63,298 bases of DNA, taken from Nitrososphaeraceae archaeon (GTDB lineage Archaea > Thermoproteota > Nitrososphaeria > Nitrososphaerales > Nitrososphaeraceae). The DNA lies in NCBI GenBank assembly GCA_046261955.1, contig JBHENS010000001.1, positions 1-63,298 of the forward strand. The letters run 5' to 3'. The notes below the pieces were generated by a model. That model did not search any database. It saw only the letters and a program-made list of their open reading frames with translations, and had not been told where the DNA came from. Both the position numbers and the translations under genes were made by a program. Every line of letters begins with the position of its first letter. The first letter of the stretch is position 1. Positions 61,166-63,298 of this stretch are shown in pieces.

Positions 61166-61840
61166 ATGAACACCTTTTCTAATCCACTGGTAATAAATCT
61201 CAAAAATTACAATGAGATATCTGGAGATAATTCAATAAAGATTGTTGAAGATGCAAAGAACGTATCACTGTTGAATCATAAAGAAATCATCATTGCTCCA
61301 CCGCCTTCTAGTATTTTGACCCTATCCAAAATTAAAGTTCCAATAGTAAGCCAACATGTGGACGATGCCTCCCTCGGGGCTACAACGGGTTTTATCATAC
61401 CTGAAATTGTAAAATCTTATGGCGCGATAGGTTCGATAATTAATCATAGTGAACATAAGATAGAGCATTCACAAATTAGAAATTTAGTAAGACGCCTACG
61501 TGATTTGAATATGATTTCGATTGTATGTGCTGATGATTTAAAAGAAGTGGAAGCACTCTCGCAATTTTCTCCGGATTTCCTAGCCATTGAACCTCCTGAG
61601 CTTATCGGAAAAGGGATTGCAGTATCAAAGGCGAATCCTTCAATCATAAAGGATTCTGCACAGGTGGTGAAGGAAAATTCTTCAAAGGTTAAGGTCCTTT
61701 GTGGAGCTGGTATCGTTGATAAAACTGATGTAGAGAAGGCTCTCGAACTTGGGGCAGAAGGCATATTGATCTCTAGTGGAATAGTAAAATCCCCTTCATG
61801 GTATAACAAAATACTAGAGTTATCTTCAGTTCTAAAATAA
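61166..61840 (+). CDS. tpiA: Triosephosphate isomerase (archaeal type)
   Basis: NLKNY, NHSE, IEPPELIG, CGAGI. Confidence 0.96.
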   Translation: MNTFSNPLVINLKNYNEISGDNSIKIVEDAKNVSLLNHKEIIIAPPPSSILTLSKIKVPIVSQHVDDASLGATTGFIIPEIVKSYGAIGSIINHSEHKIEHSQIRNLVRRLRDLNMISIVCADDLKEVEALSQFSPDFLAIEPPELIGKGIAVSKANPSIIKDSAQVVKENSSKVKVLCGAGIVDKTDVEKALELGAEGILISSGIVKSPSWYNKILELSSVLK

Positions 61841-61899
61841 ATATAGGAAATAAAATACTAGAGTTATCTTCAGTTCTAAAATAAATATAGGAAATAAAA
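61808..61899 (+). repeat. Perfect 44-bp tandem duplication spanning the tpiA stop codon
   Basis: AAAATACTAGAGTTATCTTCAGTTCTAAAATAAATATAGGAAAT at 61808-61851 and 61852-61895. Confidence 0.95.
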
Positions 61900-61918
61900 A
61901 TTAGGAGGAATTGTTCCT

Positions 61919-62179
61919 TTATACGCCTATGTCCTTTGCTATCTTTACTATTTTCTTGCCGTCGTTAGTTAGTTTATTGAACACTTTATTTTTGACAGTC
62001 TTTCGATCAACTAATCCACGCTTTTCTGCCTTAAGAAGAAGCTTATGTCCATATCCATAGGCACCCAACTTTGTTAAAAGTTCTCTAGTCGGATATTCTC
62101 TACCGGATCCAATTGTCTTTAGTAATTTTACTAACGCCTTTTCTTCAACAAGGATTTTTAACAGTCTTGTGTCTTTCAT
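61919..62179 (-). CDS. Small basic winged-helix-like DNA-binding protein
   Basis: 86 aa, Lys-rich, ends in the wHTH wing pattern AEKRGLVDRK...NKLTNDGKKI. Confidence 0.65.
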   Translation of the reverse strand: MKDTRLLKILVEEKALVKLLKTIGSGREYPTRELLTKLGAYGYGHKLLLKAEKRGLVDRKTVKNKVFNKLTNDGKKIVKIAKDIGV

Positions 62180-62853
62180 CGCGCATTAGTTATGTATAAC
62201 TAATTATATAATTGTTACACTTTACTAGATACATATATCCATACATTCTGCTTTATTGTTTGTCAGGAAGAACAAAGTCCTCAAGTAACTTAGAAATTTC
62301 TACCATCATGAATAATATAACGTTCTACTATATTATACGTTTATATTGTAGGTAAAGAACGTTATAGAATAATATCGATAAGTCAAGAATATAAATCTAC
62401 TTAAAATCTTAAAACAATATTAAATCAAATCCATCATTAGCAGGTCCGGATATAATCAGATACTATACTGAAGATAGCATTCAAGGGAACATTATTTTAT
62501 CCAGGATCCCAAACAAGATTTTCAATTCTAACGTGATAGTGACAAGTAGGACTTTTTACCAGATTTCGACATAGCTGACTATCGTTTTATATCATCGCTA
62601 AGCACATTTTTGATTAGTGGTAAATGTTTACGATCTAACACGCATAGCCTAAACACGGATCCATAATTGATTCTTCTTACTAAACTAAACATTTATACAT
62701 TCTTATTTAAGAAACAAAAATACGATTTTTCCTCGTAATTCTGAATTTTTAGTAGTAAAATCCCATAATGTCGATGCTTTTTTATCTAATATAAGTAGTT
62801 TCTAATTTCTAGAAAAACTAATGATAATAAAAGATTCTTAGAGTAGAGTAAAG

Positions 62854-63298
62854 ATGGCTTTAGAAAATATCAAACAAGGTAGAAATAATGAATCCTTAGA
62901 ATCAAACCCAGTTAATAAAGTGCGATGCACTCAATGTCAAAACTATACTCTTGTTTTAGACGTACTCTCAAGTGAATATGTTTGTAATACTTGTGGTTGT
63001 GTTTCTAACGAAAAAATCTATAATAACGATCTGCCATATTTTGAAAAAGGAGAATATAAGGATAAATCTCGTATAGGGATGCCAGAATCGTTGACAATCA
63101 GTCACAAGGGACTTTCTACCCTAATCGGACTAAATGACACTGATGGACGAGGCAAAATGCTCGATCCTGTCCAAAAAGAAACGATTCAAAGATTAAGAAC
63201 ATGGAATAATAGATCTCAGCTTAATGATTCAATCTCAAGGAACTTAGATAAAGCATTAAAATATCTCAATAATTTTGGCGACAAGCTCTATCTGAGTC
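62854..63298 (+). CDS. tfb: Transcription initiation factor IIB, 3'-truncated; missed by the ORF track
   Basis: Hand translation: CTQC...GC Zn ribbon (YVCNTCGCV), SRIGMP, HKGLST.IG, QRLRTW, RNLDKAL. Confidence 0.92.
   Translation, partial: MALENIKQGRNNESLESNPVNKVRCTQCQNYTLVLDVLSSEYVCNTCGCVSNEKIYNNDLPYFEKGEYKDKSRIGMPESLTISHKGLSTLIGLNDTDGRGKMLDPVQKETIQRLRTWNNRSQLNDSISRNLDKALKYLNNFGDKLYLS

Noticed and set aside
866-61809. Many 60-155 aa ORFs antisense to or nested within long genes (e.g. 866-1099, 22984-23415, 47000-47467, 60319-60729)
   Set aside because: They are shadow frames of well-supported genes and show no recognisable motifs.
61808-61899. 44-bp direct repeat as a CRISPR array
   Set aside because: Two abutting copies, no spacer, overlaps a coding end, and no cas genes.
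62413-62574. Roughly 50-codon open stretch upstream of tfb
   Set aside because: It begins right after a stop, has no early start codon and no motif.

Overview
AT-rich, gene-dense chromosomal segment of an archaeon, most likely an ammonia-oxidising Nitrososphaerota (Thaumarchaeota, probably Nitrososphaeraceae). This rests on archaeal EF-1alpha, S4/S13/S10, TFB, DnaG, MIT-AAA CdvC, FBP aldolase/phosphatase, intron-containing tRNAs and the LysW-dependent Arg/Lys cluster. The content is mostly housekeeping: translation, the argG-argW-argX-lysYZJM-hcs-lysW-lysX-lysK cluster, the non-oxidative pentose phosphate pathway, PLP, flavin and cobalamin genes, and aconitase. I found four tRNA genes, two small LysW carriers and a partial tfb that the ORF track missed. 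I saw no CRISPR array, transposase, integrase or rRNA. The most notable observations are: (1) the carrier beside argG/argX ends in EDWGQ instead of EDWGE, so it lacks the glutamate used for substrate attachment; (2) a four-gene operon of two different AAA+/vWA pairs with no visible client; (3) an HTH plus B12-binding-fold regulator split at an A10 run; (4) a tRNA-Leu(UAA) with two introns; (5) a candidate structured RNA upstream of an HTH-fused FAD synthetase; (6) a perfect 44-bp duplication of the tpiA 3' end. All calls come from reading motifs by eye; no searches were run.
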